Shown here: one piece after another, positions 10,663 through 24,609 of the stretch
Position numbering within the stretch: the stretch's first letter is position 1
How the letters are laid out: every line of letters starts with the position of its first letter
NCBI GenBank assembly: GCA_013265495.1
Contig: MU058844.1
Coordinates: forward strand, 3,233,819 to 3,297,818
Source: Vicugna vicugna
Taxonomy: Eukaryota
Direction: 5' to 3'
DNA: 64,000 nt
Made by a program: the position numbers and the translations under genes
Notes under the pieces: model-generated
The model's database searches: none
What the model was told of the DNA's origin: nothing
Seen by the model: the letters and a program-made list of their open reading frames with translations, nothing else

Positions 10663-13269
10663 TAAACTTGTTTTCGCTGCCGGTATCTGCCCAATTTTTT
10701 TTTTTTTTTAACCTGAACTGTTAGCAATCAGTTCAGAAGGTACCAAACCAAATGGAATAGTCTAGATTAGCAGACATTGCCTTTGATTAAAAATAGTTTT
10801 CAGTCTTAGAATTATGTTCAGTTTCCCTCTGTTTAGAGAATTTTTTGGTTTCATAATTCTTGGAATTTTTAGTAAATTTCTTTTTGAGGCTCAAGAAAGG
10901 AAAATTCATTATAATTTAATTGCATTATGGTCTTTGAAATGGTTTAAAAGGATAACCTTTTATTTATCATTGATCATGCTGAATATAACATTCAGTTGGG
11001 AAGTTTTGGGAAGGCATTTCCAAATTGCAAAAGAGTAGGGAAGGATATGTGAGGATGAATGTTTGGTGATTACAGTGTGTTTTAGTAAGGAAGTGAAATT
11101 ATTAATGTTAAAGTTTAAAGGATACTAGTATATGTTCCAAAGCTACTTCGAGAGAAATTGTGCTTCAGTGTTTTCTTTAACATTTTTTCCTGAAACATCT
11201 TAGGCCATGCCACTACTTGTGATAAATTTTAAGGTAATAGCAAAAGGTTATTTCCAAAGTTGTTAAAGAATTTTAAATCACACTAAAAGATTCTTTAAGA
11301 TCTTTATATAATTCTGTGTGAATTGCTCACTATGTTAATGGTAGGTGGTTACTTTAATTTTTCTAAGATAGTATGATCTTGAGGCGACCAGTGTCAGTAT
11401 TCACACATATCCTAAAAGGGCTTCCTCAGACCTCTTGGAGTATGTTGTTTTCTGTAGTCTTCCAGATTGTCTGGATCTTTTCCACAAGTCAAAACCACTA
11501 GAAGCATGAACTCAGTTACACCTTCAATATACTGTACCATTTTAAGAGCCAAATCCCTGCTGTTTTAATTCAGGAAATCAGGACAGACCCATGGACTTTA
11601 ATAGGTAGTAATTTAACAAGATCTGGAGCTTGTTTGTTAAATCTACTTTAAGATTTTAGGTAACTTTATGTAATGTTAGAAATTTGTTTATTAATATGCT
11701 GCTCCCAATAGGTGGATTCATTAATTCAACCATTTGTACTTACTACATTTAATCTAAAACCTAATTGTTGACTGTTTCATGATCACCAAAATAATAGGAA
11801 AACATCAACATTAAAAAACCTTCAACATAACATAGTTTGTTTGATATTGAAATTCACTTTGAAATCTCTATTTAAACTGTGCTTCCCCGACCATGTCTTT
11901 GTATTTCTTTGCTGTTAGTTAATGAGAATTTTTGTCTTCTCGTAGCTAAAAACCTCTCCATGGGTGTGTTCTCATTCTTACAGATATGATTTCTCTTTAG
12001 TTGGCCCTGCAATTTCTTTTGTGCTGTTATTTTGGGCAGTACTCCTTACATTGATTTTGGTTTGATTAGTGAAGTTTATTAAGTTAATTGAAAATTTTGC
12101 ACCTAGTCCAGTAGTTTTTAAAATTTGGGAAGGGGATGGTTAGGTACCTCTTTTACGCTAAGTGGAAGTTGTGGATAATCTCTAGAAATACTTAACACAT
12201 AAAATTTTGTGTGTATCATTGCTGTTTTGTGCTACTAAATAAGTGTATGCATCTTTTCCCCTCTTTTATTCTTGAAAGATTCTTATCTTTCTAGTGTTGT
12301 GAATTTATTTTTTGTCAAAGTTTGTACAAACTTTTGTCTTCACTGTTTATGAACAGTTTGTCATTTTGAAACATTCTTTTTAAAAAAGTAAAAAAGTCAT
12401 TTTAAGCATTATGTTTGTATTTATGGTTATTGTAGGAATAAATAAAAACAGCAGCCTTCACAGGAATGTTATTTCCAAAGGAATACTGTTAGTTTAATTT
12501 AGCAGTATTTCACACAGAAAGCTAATGAATGTTTTGTCCCTTATCAACTAGGCAGATGATAACAAATGACTCATCACTGGAGATAAGCAGCTAGGAGTTT
12601 GTATGCCCAAGTAAAATATTCTAGTCAAGAAGTAGTCTTTTGTTAGTATAACCTGCATATAGTCAGGAAAACTGAGATTAAAATGATTCTTCAAAGTACA
12701 TGAATTTTAGCTGGTAAAATTGAAGTTTATCTGTCCCTTTTTAGTTCTTTCATTCATTCATTCATTCATTCATTGACACAATCTTTCATTAGATCTAGGT
12801 TGTTAATTGTCATATATTTTATATATCCCCCCAAAACAGAATTAGTATTGACAGTTTTAATTGTAAGAACATTGTAAGTGTATAATTAAATTACATTCCA
12901 ATTTCAGAGATATTAATAAAATGTAAGAATGTTTTAAAATCGCTGGGATATTGTATTCACCAGTATCTCCTATCTGGTTGGCACTTTTCTAGACTCCAGG
13001 CATACATTCATAAATAAAATTGCCCGTCTTATTTTTACATAGGGGAGACAAGTTCACAAGACAGATAAGTGAAATGTGTATAGTGTGCTAGTGATACGTG
13101 CCTAAGAGAAGGAAAATCAGAAATATTGGGGATGTCGATGTTAGATTGCTCCATAAGTGTGGAGAAATGATTTAAGACGGTTCTCAAGAGCAGCAACAAC
13201 AAATATGATAGGTAAGGTTTAGATAATGCTTTCTGTGCTAGATTGATTGTTAGCACTTACAAATACTAA

Positions 13270-13435
13270 CTTATTTTATCCTCACAACAGTCTTATCCTA
13301 TTTTACAGCCAAAGAACTCGCAGCACAAAAAGGTTAAGCAACTTAGCTGAAGTCTCACAGCTCTTAAGCCCAGAGCAGGAATTCAAACCTAGACATTCTA
13401 GCAACAGAGAGCATGCTTTTAACTACTGTAGTGGA
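13270..13435 (-). mobile_element. MIR SINE
   Basis: atcctcacaacag...ttttacag...aggttaagcaacttagctgaagtctcacagct...ggaattcaaacctag. Confidence 0.8.
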
Positions 13436-15149
13436 CTGCCTGTTGTAAAAGTTCATCTCCTCCAGCTTGCAAAAGAGTTTGCAATATTGAGAAAGAAGTA
13501 CCTGTATTCTCTCTTCTCAGTAGTACTTTCTGATGGCAGGAAATCACATAATGAAAAAATTGGAATTTAAGGTTCAGTTTATCAGTCGGTGTTTAAAATG
13601 TGCCCTATTCAGGAAGTTGTGTTTGTGTGCTTCCTCATTTGGTCTGCTAATTTATTGCTTGTTTTCTAGCAGAATAGGCCTTTAACTTGATTTGAAGCAT
13701 ACTGGACATGTACTGATCAATAGGCAGTGTTTTGAGCCAGATGTGATTTTCGTATTAACAACTTCCTAGTGGTTCTGATTAATTATCTTTATTCTTAAAA
13801 GAATTAGAAGTATAAATTTGAGGGTTAACTGGAATTGAGACATGTTGCTTCATATTTTTAGTTTTATCTGTTAGTGAACAAGCACCTGTCTTACAGTCCT
13901 CAGAATCCGAGATGTACTTTTATACCAGAATAACCTTATAATATCCTTACTGCATAAAGTTACCATTACAGTTTTTTTCTTCTGTATTACTGTTTTCATA
14001 TGTGAACTTCCTTATTCCTATTCTAGACCATATTTCTAGATTTTTTTTATTTTTATACTAGCTTTTGGTATCTTTTCCATTTTAATGTGTTTTCCTATGT
14101 TATCTATATTATATTTTATATTGGATGGTAGAATAGACTAATAATAAGATTATAGACTATGGATCTCTAGCCCCTGGTGTTGTGTTTCTTATTCATACTG
14201 CTGTATTTAGCAAAGGATAAAATGAATTCATAAAAATTAAACACAGGTATGAAGTGATACTCTGTTAGAGGCAGGGCTTTGTAGATTTGTAAAGGGCAAG
14301 AAAGCAAATAAGACACCAAGTTTTTTAAGTGGTAGTTGCTAAAATTAGGTAGAGGAGAAAAAAAGGAAATGAGAAAAGGAAACAGTGGTAAAGAGAAACA
14401 AAAGTCATGTGTGGTAGGAAGCAGGGTAGAATCAACAGTAGTTGTCCCTGGCTGACTGGTGTCTCAATATGTTTCGGGTGGCAGTCTACATTTGCATTTG
14501 CTAGTAGTAAGGCTGTTAGTAATAGTCTGCTTTGACCTTGTCTTCGTGGTGTAATATAATAAAACTGACTTTCACACCTGCAAATACATTTTAACTCCAA
14601 AGAAGTCAGCCTTTTGCCCAGGATAAATCATTAGTGACTTATAGACTGCTGCAAGAATGTTGTGATGCCCTCATATATGTTTGGTCATACAGCTTGACAC
14701 AGCCCTTTCAGACATTTGGCAGGATTTGCACAGCCATGGTGTGCCAGCCACGTGTGTTTTCATACTTGTATAGAGTTACTAATGAGCATTTTCTGTTGAT
14801 GACCCTGTGTGACCGTGTCCTAGAAATTTGTTACTGCTGAAATAGAGAACTAAACATTTAGTTAACTACCTCCTCAGGTCACCAGTTTTCATTGCTTATG
14901 AGTTTTTTTTTTTTAACATAACTGTAACACTGACTACTTCCTCTCAAACTTTGTAGAATATATATTATTTTTTAAAACTGTACTTGGTAGAGCCTGAAGT
15001 AGCATGTCTTTAGTTTTTTTGAGTTCAGTTTTCTGAGTAAAATAGACATGTTTCCTTCTCAAAGTATTCTCCTCTGCTTTTATAACTTTATGCTCTGAAG
15101 ATTTTCTTTCTTCCTATCTTGCCAGATTTGTCAGCCTCCTGTGCTTTCC

Positions 15150-16185
15150 TTTGGATGTTGGCTGGCCTCAGGTTTCTGATCATCTGTGCCCTCTCCTCTT
15201 CGTCTCCCTGGGTGATGCCCTCCACTTCTAAGACTTCACAGCTGACTCTAGCATCTATAGCTTCCGCCCAGGTTTTTCTCCCAGACTTTGGACCTGAAAG
15301 CTCAATTGCTTTTAGACATCTTCATTTTCTCAACCTCTCCAAACTTTCCTTTCTGAAAGCATACTTCCTTTTTCCCTCTTTCCAATGAAACTGTCATCCA
15401 CCTTTCTGGTAGTCTTGACCTGGAAGGAATCTTCCACCTATTCTCACTCACTGGGTCGACAAGACATGGAAATTCTAGTTCTTCACTGTCTCTTCACTCA
15501 AGGGAATCTGCTTCTCTGCCTCCTCACCACCCTGGTTGAGGCCGCTGGGTTTTTCTTACATAATTCAGGTAACAACATACTAACTGGTGTCTTTTCCTGT
15601 CTCCCTTCATGCTGCCTGCCCCTTTCCTGCTTAAAGCTGACAGTGGTTTCGCATTGCCCTCAGGAGGAAGTTCAGACCTCTCACTTAGGTTGACAAATCT
15701 CTGTGGGATCTAGCTCTGGCTCACATCTCTCATCTCATCTCTTCTTTCCAACTGTACTCCTCAATGTTTGAAGCATGGCAGAATTTTCTATTTTCTTATA
15801 TATGGTTGTGCCAAGCTCACTCTTGTTTCTGGTCCTATTACATACTGATGTCTTCACCTAAAACACTCTACCTCACCCTTCCTGTGACTGCATCTCTAAA
15901 TCATTCTTAAGATCTAAAGTTAGGTGTCTTAGAATTCCCTTATCTACCCCAACCCCCTAAATTTGGATTCCAGTTCCCTTTGTTGACTTTCATTGACATC
16001 CTCACCACCCACATCATAATGCTTAACCACTGGGTTGTGATTAACGGATTACTTGTCAGGCTTTCCCACCAAACTGTGAGTTCCTTGAAGGCAAGTGCGA
16101 GAGAAAGGCATCCAGTCAGACTCATTTCTCTGTGTGTGTTTATGCCTGTCACAGTATCCGGCCCATGGTTGGCATTCAGGAATGA
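15150..16185 (+). mobile_element. Degraded L2 LINE
   Basis: Pyrimidine-rich L2 body ending aactgtgagttccttgaaggcaag...acagtatccggcccatggttggcattcaggaatgaa. Confidence 0.6.
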
Positions 16186-16395
16186 AGGCCTACGTTTGAC
16201 GTTAGACAGCAGTTCTTAAATTTGAAAGGAGTCTCCCTCTCTCTCCTCCTCTTTTGAAATTGAGAAGCTGATGAAAGTATTAGTCTATTTTTCAATAAGA
16301 ATGTACACAAACATAAATTTTCACATACTTTGTGATCTGCATGTTTCCCTGTGGCCCTCACTTAGAGAAGTCAGTCTGGCTGCTGCCATTACCCC

Positions 16396-16451
16396 CACAC
16401 ACACACGTGTGCATGCGCGCACACAACACACACACACACACACACACACAC
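16396..16451. repeat. Interrupted (CA)n / alternating purine-pyrimidine tract
   Basis: cacacacacacgtgtgcatgcgcgcacacaa(ca)n. Confidence 0.95.
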
Positions 16452-16785
16452 TCTGACATGATTTCAGGTATAGAGTTTGATAAAACTGTGGGATGTGCTG
16501 TATACTTAGCCATGAGTTTCTGTTAAATCCACCTGCTTTCTGTGTTGCAGTACTCTCCCCTCTTCATTTTCTAAATGGATGCATGATCTTATTAGCCCCA
16601 GCAGTTAGAATGCCTACATTTTTTTGGTAAAACATCCCACAATTAATAGAATTTGCATTTTATCCCATAATCTGTCCCTTTCAAATGTAAAGACAATACT
16701 CATGAGCTATTAGCTCTTCATAGTATGGTGGCTCCAGACCCCAAAAGCATATTTTTCTGAGGCTGCTTTTGATGGTTTTTGAATA

Positions 16786-16933
<148 letters not shown>

Positions 16934-17399
16934 GTCAACTGGGCCATAAAGAGATCAATGCCACGCATGCCCTTGGCCTCATTGCTGCCACCCACAGTCA
17001 GCTGAGCCCTCAGGACTAGGCAGAAGGTTTCTCGTCATATTTATTTATAAGTTATTCTCAACGATTTGATATGATATCTCCTCTATTTTTAAAACTAGGA
17101 CCGTGGAGTTTCATTACCAGCTCCAACAGCTTACCTTTCTCTTCCCCACAAACTTTGCTTTCCCCCTCCTCAAGGGGGAAGCCCCTTCCTACACCTGTAA
17201 CAGGCTAACACCCACACCCTGGATTCCATTTCGTCTGGCTTCTTCAAAGCCTTTACTTGGATGAGTTAGCCTGTGTGTCCTGTATCACCAGTGTGGTCTT
17301 CTCCAGTTGTTTGTTTCCATTGCTAAATAACTGGCCTTATTATCTATTACTTTTTTAAAAAATGGGTTTTATTTAGCCATTTTAATTGACCATTAACTG

Positions 17400-18520
17400 C
17401 TTTATTTCTCTCCACTGCATCACACTCAAGGAAGAAGTTATCTATCCTTATTGTTTCCACTCATTCCCGTTCTCTGTCTGATTCCTTCTAATCAGACTTT
17501 CTTCCACACCTTCACTGGAAGATTCCTCATTAAGGTCATCCACCTCCATCTAGCAAAGCCAGTTATCCATTCTCTGTCTTCATTTTATTCCTCCTTTGTA
17601 ACACCGTTTGATATAATCAGTCACATTATCTTTTTTCAGATTCTCCCTTTCTGTAGTACTGCACAAAGCTGTGTGTATGTGTGTTTCCCCATTTCTTCTC
17701 AGTTGCCTTTGGCGTTTAAAGACCCCTAGCTGCCCATCCAATTTGGAGTGCTCTAAGGCTCTCGCCTCAGCCCTACTCTCTTCTTGTCAACTTGCTGTAG
17801 CTTTACAGGAGCTCTTATCAGGTCCCTGGCTCTAGACTCATCTGTATATTGAGGATTGTCTGGCTCAGGTCTCTCCCTGAGTTCTGAATATGAATAATCA
17901 GCTGTTCACTAGATATTTACATTTGTTTATTTAATGGTCCTCTCATGTTTAAGTCTCTAACGTGGAGCCATTAACTCCATGCCTCCCTTTTCCCACCCAA
18001 TTCTGCAGTTCTGTTTTGGTAAATATCTCTATCATCCATCCACTTAAATGCATGGACCAAAGAAAAAAAAAATTTAGGTATCATTCTTTATTCTTCTTTT
18101 TCTTTCATCCACATCCAACTCTTCAGCAAGTTCTGTCTGATCTCCTTACAAGATATGTAGCAGATTCAGTGACTCTGCATCCACTTCCAAAACCCAGATG
18201 CAAACCACCACCCTCTCTTACTTTGTATGGAAGCAGCCTCCCAACTGGTCTTTTCCTCCACTCTCATACTTTTCAGTGTATCCTTCACACAGTTTAAATG
18301 AGATTAGTTATCACTACCCTGCTATAAAACCTTCTAGTAGTTTCCATTACACTTAGAATAAACGCCAGTCTTCTCTTCATATTACTTTAGTTGTCTCTTT
18401 ATTTGTCTCCCTCCAGTATAATACAAGCTTGCTGAATATAGGACTTGTCTTATTTACGCTGGCTCCTCAGCAAGTAGAACAGTACCTGGAATTAACAGAT
18501 ACTCAGTAAATGTCTGGTGG
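17400..18520 (+). mobile_element. Degraded L2 LINE
   Basis: cctcattaaggtcatcc...agcagcctcccaactggtctt...agaacagtacctggaattaacagatactcagtaaatg. Confidence 0.65.
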
Positions 18521-20961
18521 CAAAAAGACTATTGTTGTAAACCTCTTAACTTCGTTATATTTAGAGTATGTAAGTTTATTATTTTATATTAGAAATTAAT
18601 TGCCCCCAATATGGAATTAAAACCTCTAGTGTTCAGCTTGTAACTTGTATTCCCCCTTCCTTAGCTTAATTAACTATCACCTTGTAGTTTTTGATTTGTG
18701 TCCTTTGTGCTTTCTCTTTTGGTCCTTCCAAACAATCTTGTAAGTTACACCAACAAATATTAGTGCTTCTCCTTAACCCCTAAAGGAATTAAGTGATTTG
18801 CACAGGATTCACCTAGGTCTTCTGATTCCAAAACCAGACAACCTTAGTGTTGCAGTGACCTGGGTGTGTACTTCTGTGTGTGGTGGGTTGTAGAGAAGAA
18901 TTATGATAATCTCTGGGTAAGCTGCTTTTTTTACTTCCCATATTCCCTCCAAGATGCATTTTTAAGCTGTCCTTAGCTCTGTGGCTGTTCTTTTCAGCAT
19001 TAACATACAATATTGGCCTGTTTATAACCAGTACAGTTTAAGATTTAATGAATTATTGTATAGTTACAGTGGTTATATTAAAAACTTAGGTGTTAATATG
19101 TAATTAATGATAGCCTCTATTAACTGATAGAACCAATATCTCAGAATATTTCTTGGAAAAAATTGAAGGCTGACACGGGGCAGGATAACAACCTTTTATT
19201 TTTGCTATAAGGGCATTGAAATATGAGGCAGAATAGGCCTACCCACCATCTAATGTCCTTTTGTAAAAGGAAGGATACTTAATTTGAAAAGCAGAAAGTG
19301 CATAATTCCAGAACATCTAAAAGTACAGTTCTTTAAATGAAATACATTGTGTTTTGTGGAAAACCTCACTACATTGAATCTCCTACTCCAATTAAACTAC
19401 AGACCGTTGTTAACTGTTTGCAGCCAGGAGGTTGGGGGGCATTGCTGTCGTCTGAAGAAACAGCGTGTGGATTCTAAGTTAAAATCGCAGGTTTCCTCTC
19501 TCCCCAATCACAGCCAGGGCAGTCCTTCAGTGCCTTTCTTTCTGTTGACTCTGCCTCAAAGCTTGGAGCTCTTTGGAAGCTTTCAGTTAATGACTTTTGT
19601 CATTAGAAATCTAAGATGCTTTTCAATCTGCCCAGGATGGACCTGACTTTGTTAGAGTTGCTAATGAAAACATTCTCTGGAAGCTTTTTGATACCTTTAA
19701 CAAGTAAGTGAATAATAAATAAAAAATAATTACTTTAAAATCTGTATATTTATTTTTTGTTGTTTTTTCTAACAGTGAACTTCTTTGTTCTCTGTTTCCT
19801 ACTCTGCCTGCCTCCACATCAAGATTAATAGCTAAAACACTTTAAAGCTGAGCGCCTTCCGGTGATCTCCCGTTTTCGTGTCTTCCTCCTTTGGTGTTCG
19901 CTTCGAATGAGCTCTTGCCAAAAAATAAAGAGTTGAAGTTACATGATTATAAATTTAAATTTATAATGATAAATCAAACGTCATCCTGGTACCTCTGTCC
20001 CCTTTTTCAGTATATTTTTAAACTAAGGAAAAACATCGCTTGCCCCTGCTGTCCATGTTTTCGTACCCCACAGTAATGTAAATGTGTACATAGTTTGCAC
20101 TAGCTGGTTGGGATTTATTGAGGCTCGACAGAATCAGCAGGATTAAATTAGGAGAGGAATTGCTTGGTAGGATGAAGGAAAGGCAGAGTTGATGTTCATC
20201 CAACTCTCTCTTAACCTCTTCCCTTGTAGCCTTCTAGTTCCACATTCCAGGCAATAAATAGCACATCCTATAGTGTACCTTTTTTTTTTTTACAGTAACC
20301 GTAGGTACAGTCAGTCAATAGCACTTCCTACCTCTTCAATTGGAAATAAATCCTAAAAGTAAAATTTGAAGGAAAAAAAAAGTCATCCCAAGTCTTCTTT
20401 TTTTGTGTGACTTGCTAATCTTTTATCAGTGAAGTATAACAGACCTTTTAGAAGAAAAATTTTAGAGCTTGTGATAGATGAACTTTTCATTGTTCTTCAG
20501 CGAAGAGTGAACATCAAAGACTTTCACCGATTAAGTTAACCAAGATGCAGTAAGTAAATCAAATAAATATCTTTATATATTTCCCTGCTTTCGGAGGAAA
20601 AATGTCATAAGTAAAGGTCAGAGAAATGTTTAATTCTAAGTAAAACCATTAAACTCATATCACTTCTGGTCTCTAAAAGATGGTGTAAGATAGTATGATT
20701 AAAAACCAGCAGTTAGAAAAGTGAAAGTTCTTAATTTAACCTTGCAGCATCTACTTAAAATGTTTTCTTAAAGCATTGCACATGTTTTTCAGTGATTTAA
20801 GTTCTGTACGCTTAGTTTAGGCACAAAAATAAACCACTTTGATAGGGTCTTACAAATTGTATCTAAATGTAGTAAATCTAAAGTGTAAAAAATGAATGTG
20901 TTTTGAAAAAATATTTTCATTTGTAGTAAAATTGTTCACTGAAATTTGTTTCTTTTTTTAG

Positions 20962-21159
20962 GTTTAAGTGGAAACCCTGCAGATATAGAGAGAAGAGAAG
21001 CAGTATTTGGAAAGAATTTTATACCTCCTAAAAAGCCAAAAACCTTTCTTCAGTTAGTATGGGAAGCATTACAAGATGTTACTTTAATTATATTAGAAAT
21101 TGCAGCCATAGTATCTTTGGGCCTTTCTTTTTATCAACCTCCAGAAGGGGATAATGCAC
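20962..21159 (+). CDS. ATP2B1: Exon 3 (198 nt), includes TM1
   Basis: tttttttag|GTTTA...GCAC|gtaagt; encodes [13 protein letters not shown]...PPEGDNA. Confidence 0.98.
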
Positions 21160-21224
21160 GTAAGTAAATTGGGGAGGAAAAAAATGACTTTTGAGTTCAG
21201 CTCATTGGCTTACTTAATATAATA

Positions 21225-21400
21225 ACAGTAGCAGGCCAGCATTTATTGACTGTTTGCTGTGTACTAGGCACTGTTCTAACAGTGCTTTTAATAGTTCTTT
21301 AAGTATATCCCCTCAGATAATTTTCTCAGTAACCCTGTGAGATAGGTAGTATCTTCATTTTACAATGAGGTACAGAGGTTAAATAACCTGCCAATATAAC
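21225..21400 (-). mobile_element. MIR SINE
   Basis: agcatttattgactg...ctaggcactgttctaa...aaccctgtgagataggta...ttttacaatgaggtacagaggttaaataacctgcc. Confidence 0.75.
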
Positions 21401-22034
21401 GCATACTCTGTCTGGCAAGGAGCTAAGCCATACATATGATGTAGTATGTGCCATCATGGTTTTTAAGTTGTTTAGGACACTGTTGTGAAATAACAGGTTT
21501 TTATTTTGGGGTTTTTAAAATTGTTATATACATGATTTGAGTAATTTACCTGCTATTTTAGAAATTTTTATGCTGCACAGTGTTCTGCCCAGTGGAAAAA
21601 TCCGTGGTAGAGTGGTAGCTCTGCTTTAACCTGCAGCTACAAATGATTTTATTGTTCTGTGGCTTTCCCATTTCTCTTTTAAATTTCTTCTTCTCCTTTA
21701 AAAAAATTATTTCAAATAGATATTCCTGACAGTACATTCTGTAACTACTAGGAAATCTAGCTTGGGTTTTGGTCATTACATTTAATGTAATATTTTATAG
21801 ATCAGAAGAGTGATTCACCAAAATATTTCTGTTTGTAAATCTTCGTTCTCCTGCCCTTCAAGTTATGGAGGGTTTAATAAATATTTGCTAACTAAAAGAT
21901 GACTTAAGTAATATTTTGAAGTAATTCTTTCAAAGGTTTTCCTAGAGCTCATGTGAGAGAGAACTTTCGGAGGGGAATGGGAGTGGAGGTAGTTGGTCAC
22001 AGAATAAGCCAGTTTGTCTGTGGTCAGTGTAGAT

Positions 22035-22188
22035 CAAGGTTTCTCAGAAGGGGCACTGCGCTGGAACATTTTTTGTTGCCCTCTGCATTATACCACCTCC
22101 TGAGTTGAGGAAACGTAAAAATGTCTCCAGACAGTGCTAGGTATCCTAGAAGGGGGGAGGGGGGATTGCCTGTAGCTGAGAATCACTA
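22035..22188 (+). mobile_element. MER20-like (hAT-Charlie) MITE
   Basis: ggtttctca...aaaaatgtctccagacagtgctaggtatcc...gctgagaatcact. Confidence 0.7.
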
Positions 22189-23138
22189 ATATAGATAAGA
22201 AAGGATTTAGGCAATATTCTTGTCAATATGGAGCCAAATTATTTTTTTAAATATTACTAAATAATACATATTTTAGTGTAGAAAAATTGGAGGGGGGATG
22301 ACAATTCAAAGGAAATCATATTCACTGAAAATCTCAGTTCTTAGAAATTACTGGCATACCATTTTGATATATATCCTCTGAGATTTTAAGATGTTTATGT
22401 GTGTGTGTGTGCACTCATGTATGTGTATGTGTGCGCACATGGGTAGGTGAGAGGATGTGTCAGTGTGTCTTTTATCTTAAAAGGGAGGTTGTACCATATT
22501 TAGCAACATATAGCTAAATTATTTGGTTTGGTTTACTCAATTGTCATTGTAGAATACTGAGAATTGGTGTCCTAGAGTTGAGTGAGTTAGAAAATGATTA
22601 AAAACTTACTTTTAACATTTTTTCCCGAGACTAAGAAAACTGAAGGAAAATATTTTCAATGAGTGTAGTTTTTGTTTTGTTTTGTTTTGTTTTTACTAAC
22701 AAGATCTGGGCATATCTTTTTGGAATTCAGAGTACTTCATTTGTAGGATGTAGTGACAAGCCCTTTTTCAAATTTGCTTAAGGAGATACTGGTATTAGAT
22801 CCAACTGAGATGATAATCTAGAGTTGTTAGTGTCCTAAGACGCTTTAAAGAGATCTACCAGAAGGTAATAAACCATATAAAGATACTTTTGCTCCATGGT
22901 AAAAGTTATTTAGTGTTTGTACTTTTTTTTTAGCTTTTATTAGTGTATTTCATTTATCTTTTCATTATATTGTATAGACCACTAAGAAGTGGTAATTTGT
23001 TAAAAGGGAAATCCATTCATTGTAACTCAACAGTCATAGAAATTCAAATTATCGCAATTTCTTTCTGGTACTGTTTGGTGTGAAAATAAGCACTATAATT
23101 CACACCATCAGTAAGTCTGCAGTCACTGTATAAAACTA

Positions 23139-23235
23139 GTGGCTCTCAAACTCTTTGGTCTCAGGGCCCTTTACACTCAAAGTATTCAGGACTCCAAAGA
23201 GCTTTTGATTATGTGAGTTATATCTATAGATACTA
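23139..23235 (+). mobile_element. hAT-Charlie transposon end fragment
   Basis: gtggctctcaaactctttggtctcagggccctttacactc...ccaaagagcttttgattatgtgagttatatct. Confidence 0.6.
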
Positions 23236-24179
23236 TATTCTGGAATATGTTTTAATAATTTCTACTGTCATCATTTACTCATTCTTTTCTTGTGAATAAT
23301 CCTTTTCCTGCTCTGCATGTCCTAGAAGAACCATTGACTTTTAGAGATTTTAGCTTAACTATCAGTGAGAAAGATCCTTACTTAGGAATGCAGAAGACCA
23401 TATTCCTTCACGTGAATTTATAAGTAACCAAAGTAAGCTTTCAAAAAACAATACTTACCTTTACTGCATGTAAATCCTTACTGTATTGTTCTGTTTCATT
23501 TTTCAAAATTCTGGTCATGAGCTGCTGAATTGATTTTAGACTCACAAATAGATTTCAGCTCGAAGTCCAAAAAGCACTATTCCTTTGTTCTTTCTTCAGC
23601 ATTATTGACCCTACAGTTTTGAGGTTTCTTTTTTCCCTCCTCTGCCTTTCTCCAAACTCTTTTCTGCCATAGAGCCTTTGCACTGACTTTAATCTCTCCC
23701 TGGAATCCTCTCCTCTTAAATCTGTATGGCTATTTCCCTTGTATCTTTTGGCTTCTAGTTCAAATGTCATGGACATCCAGAGGGGCCTTCTCTGTTCACC
23801 CAGCTTTTTGCATTTGATAGCACATTACCATATTTTCTTCGTGGCACTTGACGATATGTGAAATTCATTACTTGTGTTTTATTATCTGAATCCTTCATAT
23901 ACCGTCTATACCTGCTCATCTGAGTTTGGGTTTCTTGACGAGTGGGAGCTTAATGTGTCTTATTCACTGTTACATCCCTGGCTTCTAAAACAGTGTCTGA
24001 AACCTAGAGTAGGTGCCCAAATTGTTGAATTAAAGACTAGCAGTTTGCTTGAATTTTTATCTTATGAAAGCCAGGCTTTTATCACACTCCACTGATATTG
24101 AAGCAGTAAACAAGCATGATTCATGGGTAACACATAAAACTTAATTGTCTATGTAAGACCTGCCAACTATATGTAGTAA

Positions 24180-24350
24180 TTAATAGCATTAACCGTTGGT
24201 TGAGTGTGAAGGATGTCTCAGTCACTACTCTACCTACTTTGCAAGTTTCTTCTCATTTTTTAATCTCACAACAACTCTGTGGTAGGTGATGGTCTCCTAA
24301 TTTGACAGATGAAGAAACTGAGTCCCAAAAGTAAGTAACTTGCCTTAGGG
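24180..24350 (-). mobile_element. MIR SINE
   Basis: ctcacaacaactctgtggtaggt...tttgacagatgaagaaactgagtccca...agtaacttgcc. Confidence 0.8.
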
Positions 24351-24609
24351 TTGAGATTTAATCTTCCCCAGTGTCCTTACTCTGAACTAGTCCCCTAGAC
24401 TGCCTCCCTGTCCTGAGGATGAAAATCTCCGGAGGCAGGGAATTTGAATTTGACATGGTAGGCATCCTCATCCTTATGGAATGCTTTGAGTCAATAAGGT
24501 GTTCAGAGCTATAAGTAAAATCAACAGGATATATAGCCATCGTAATTACGTATCTATTGCCATCAATGCAGAATCTTTTTTAATAAGCATTTTCTTTCTT
24601 TCCAAATAG

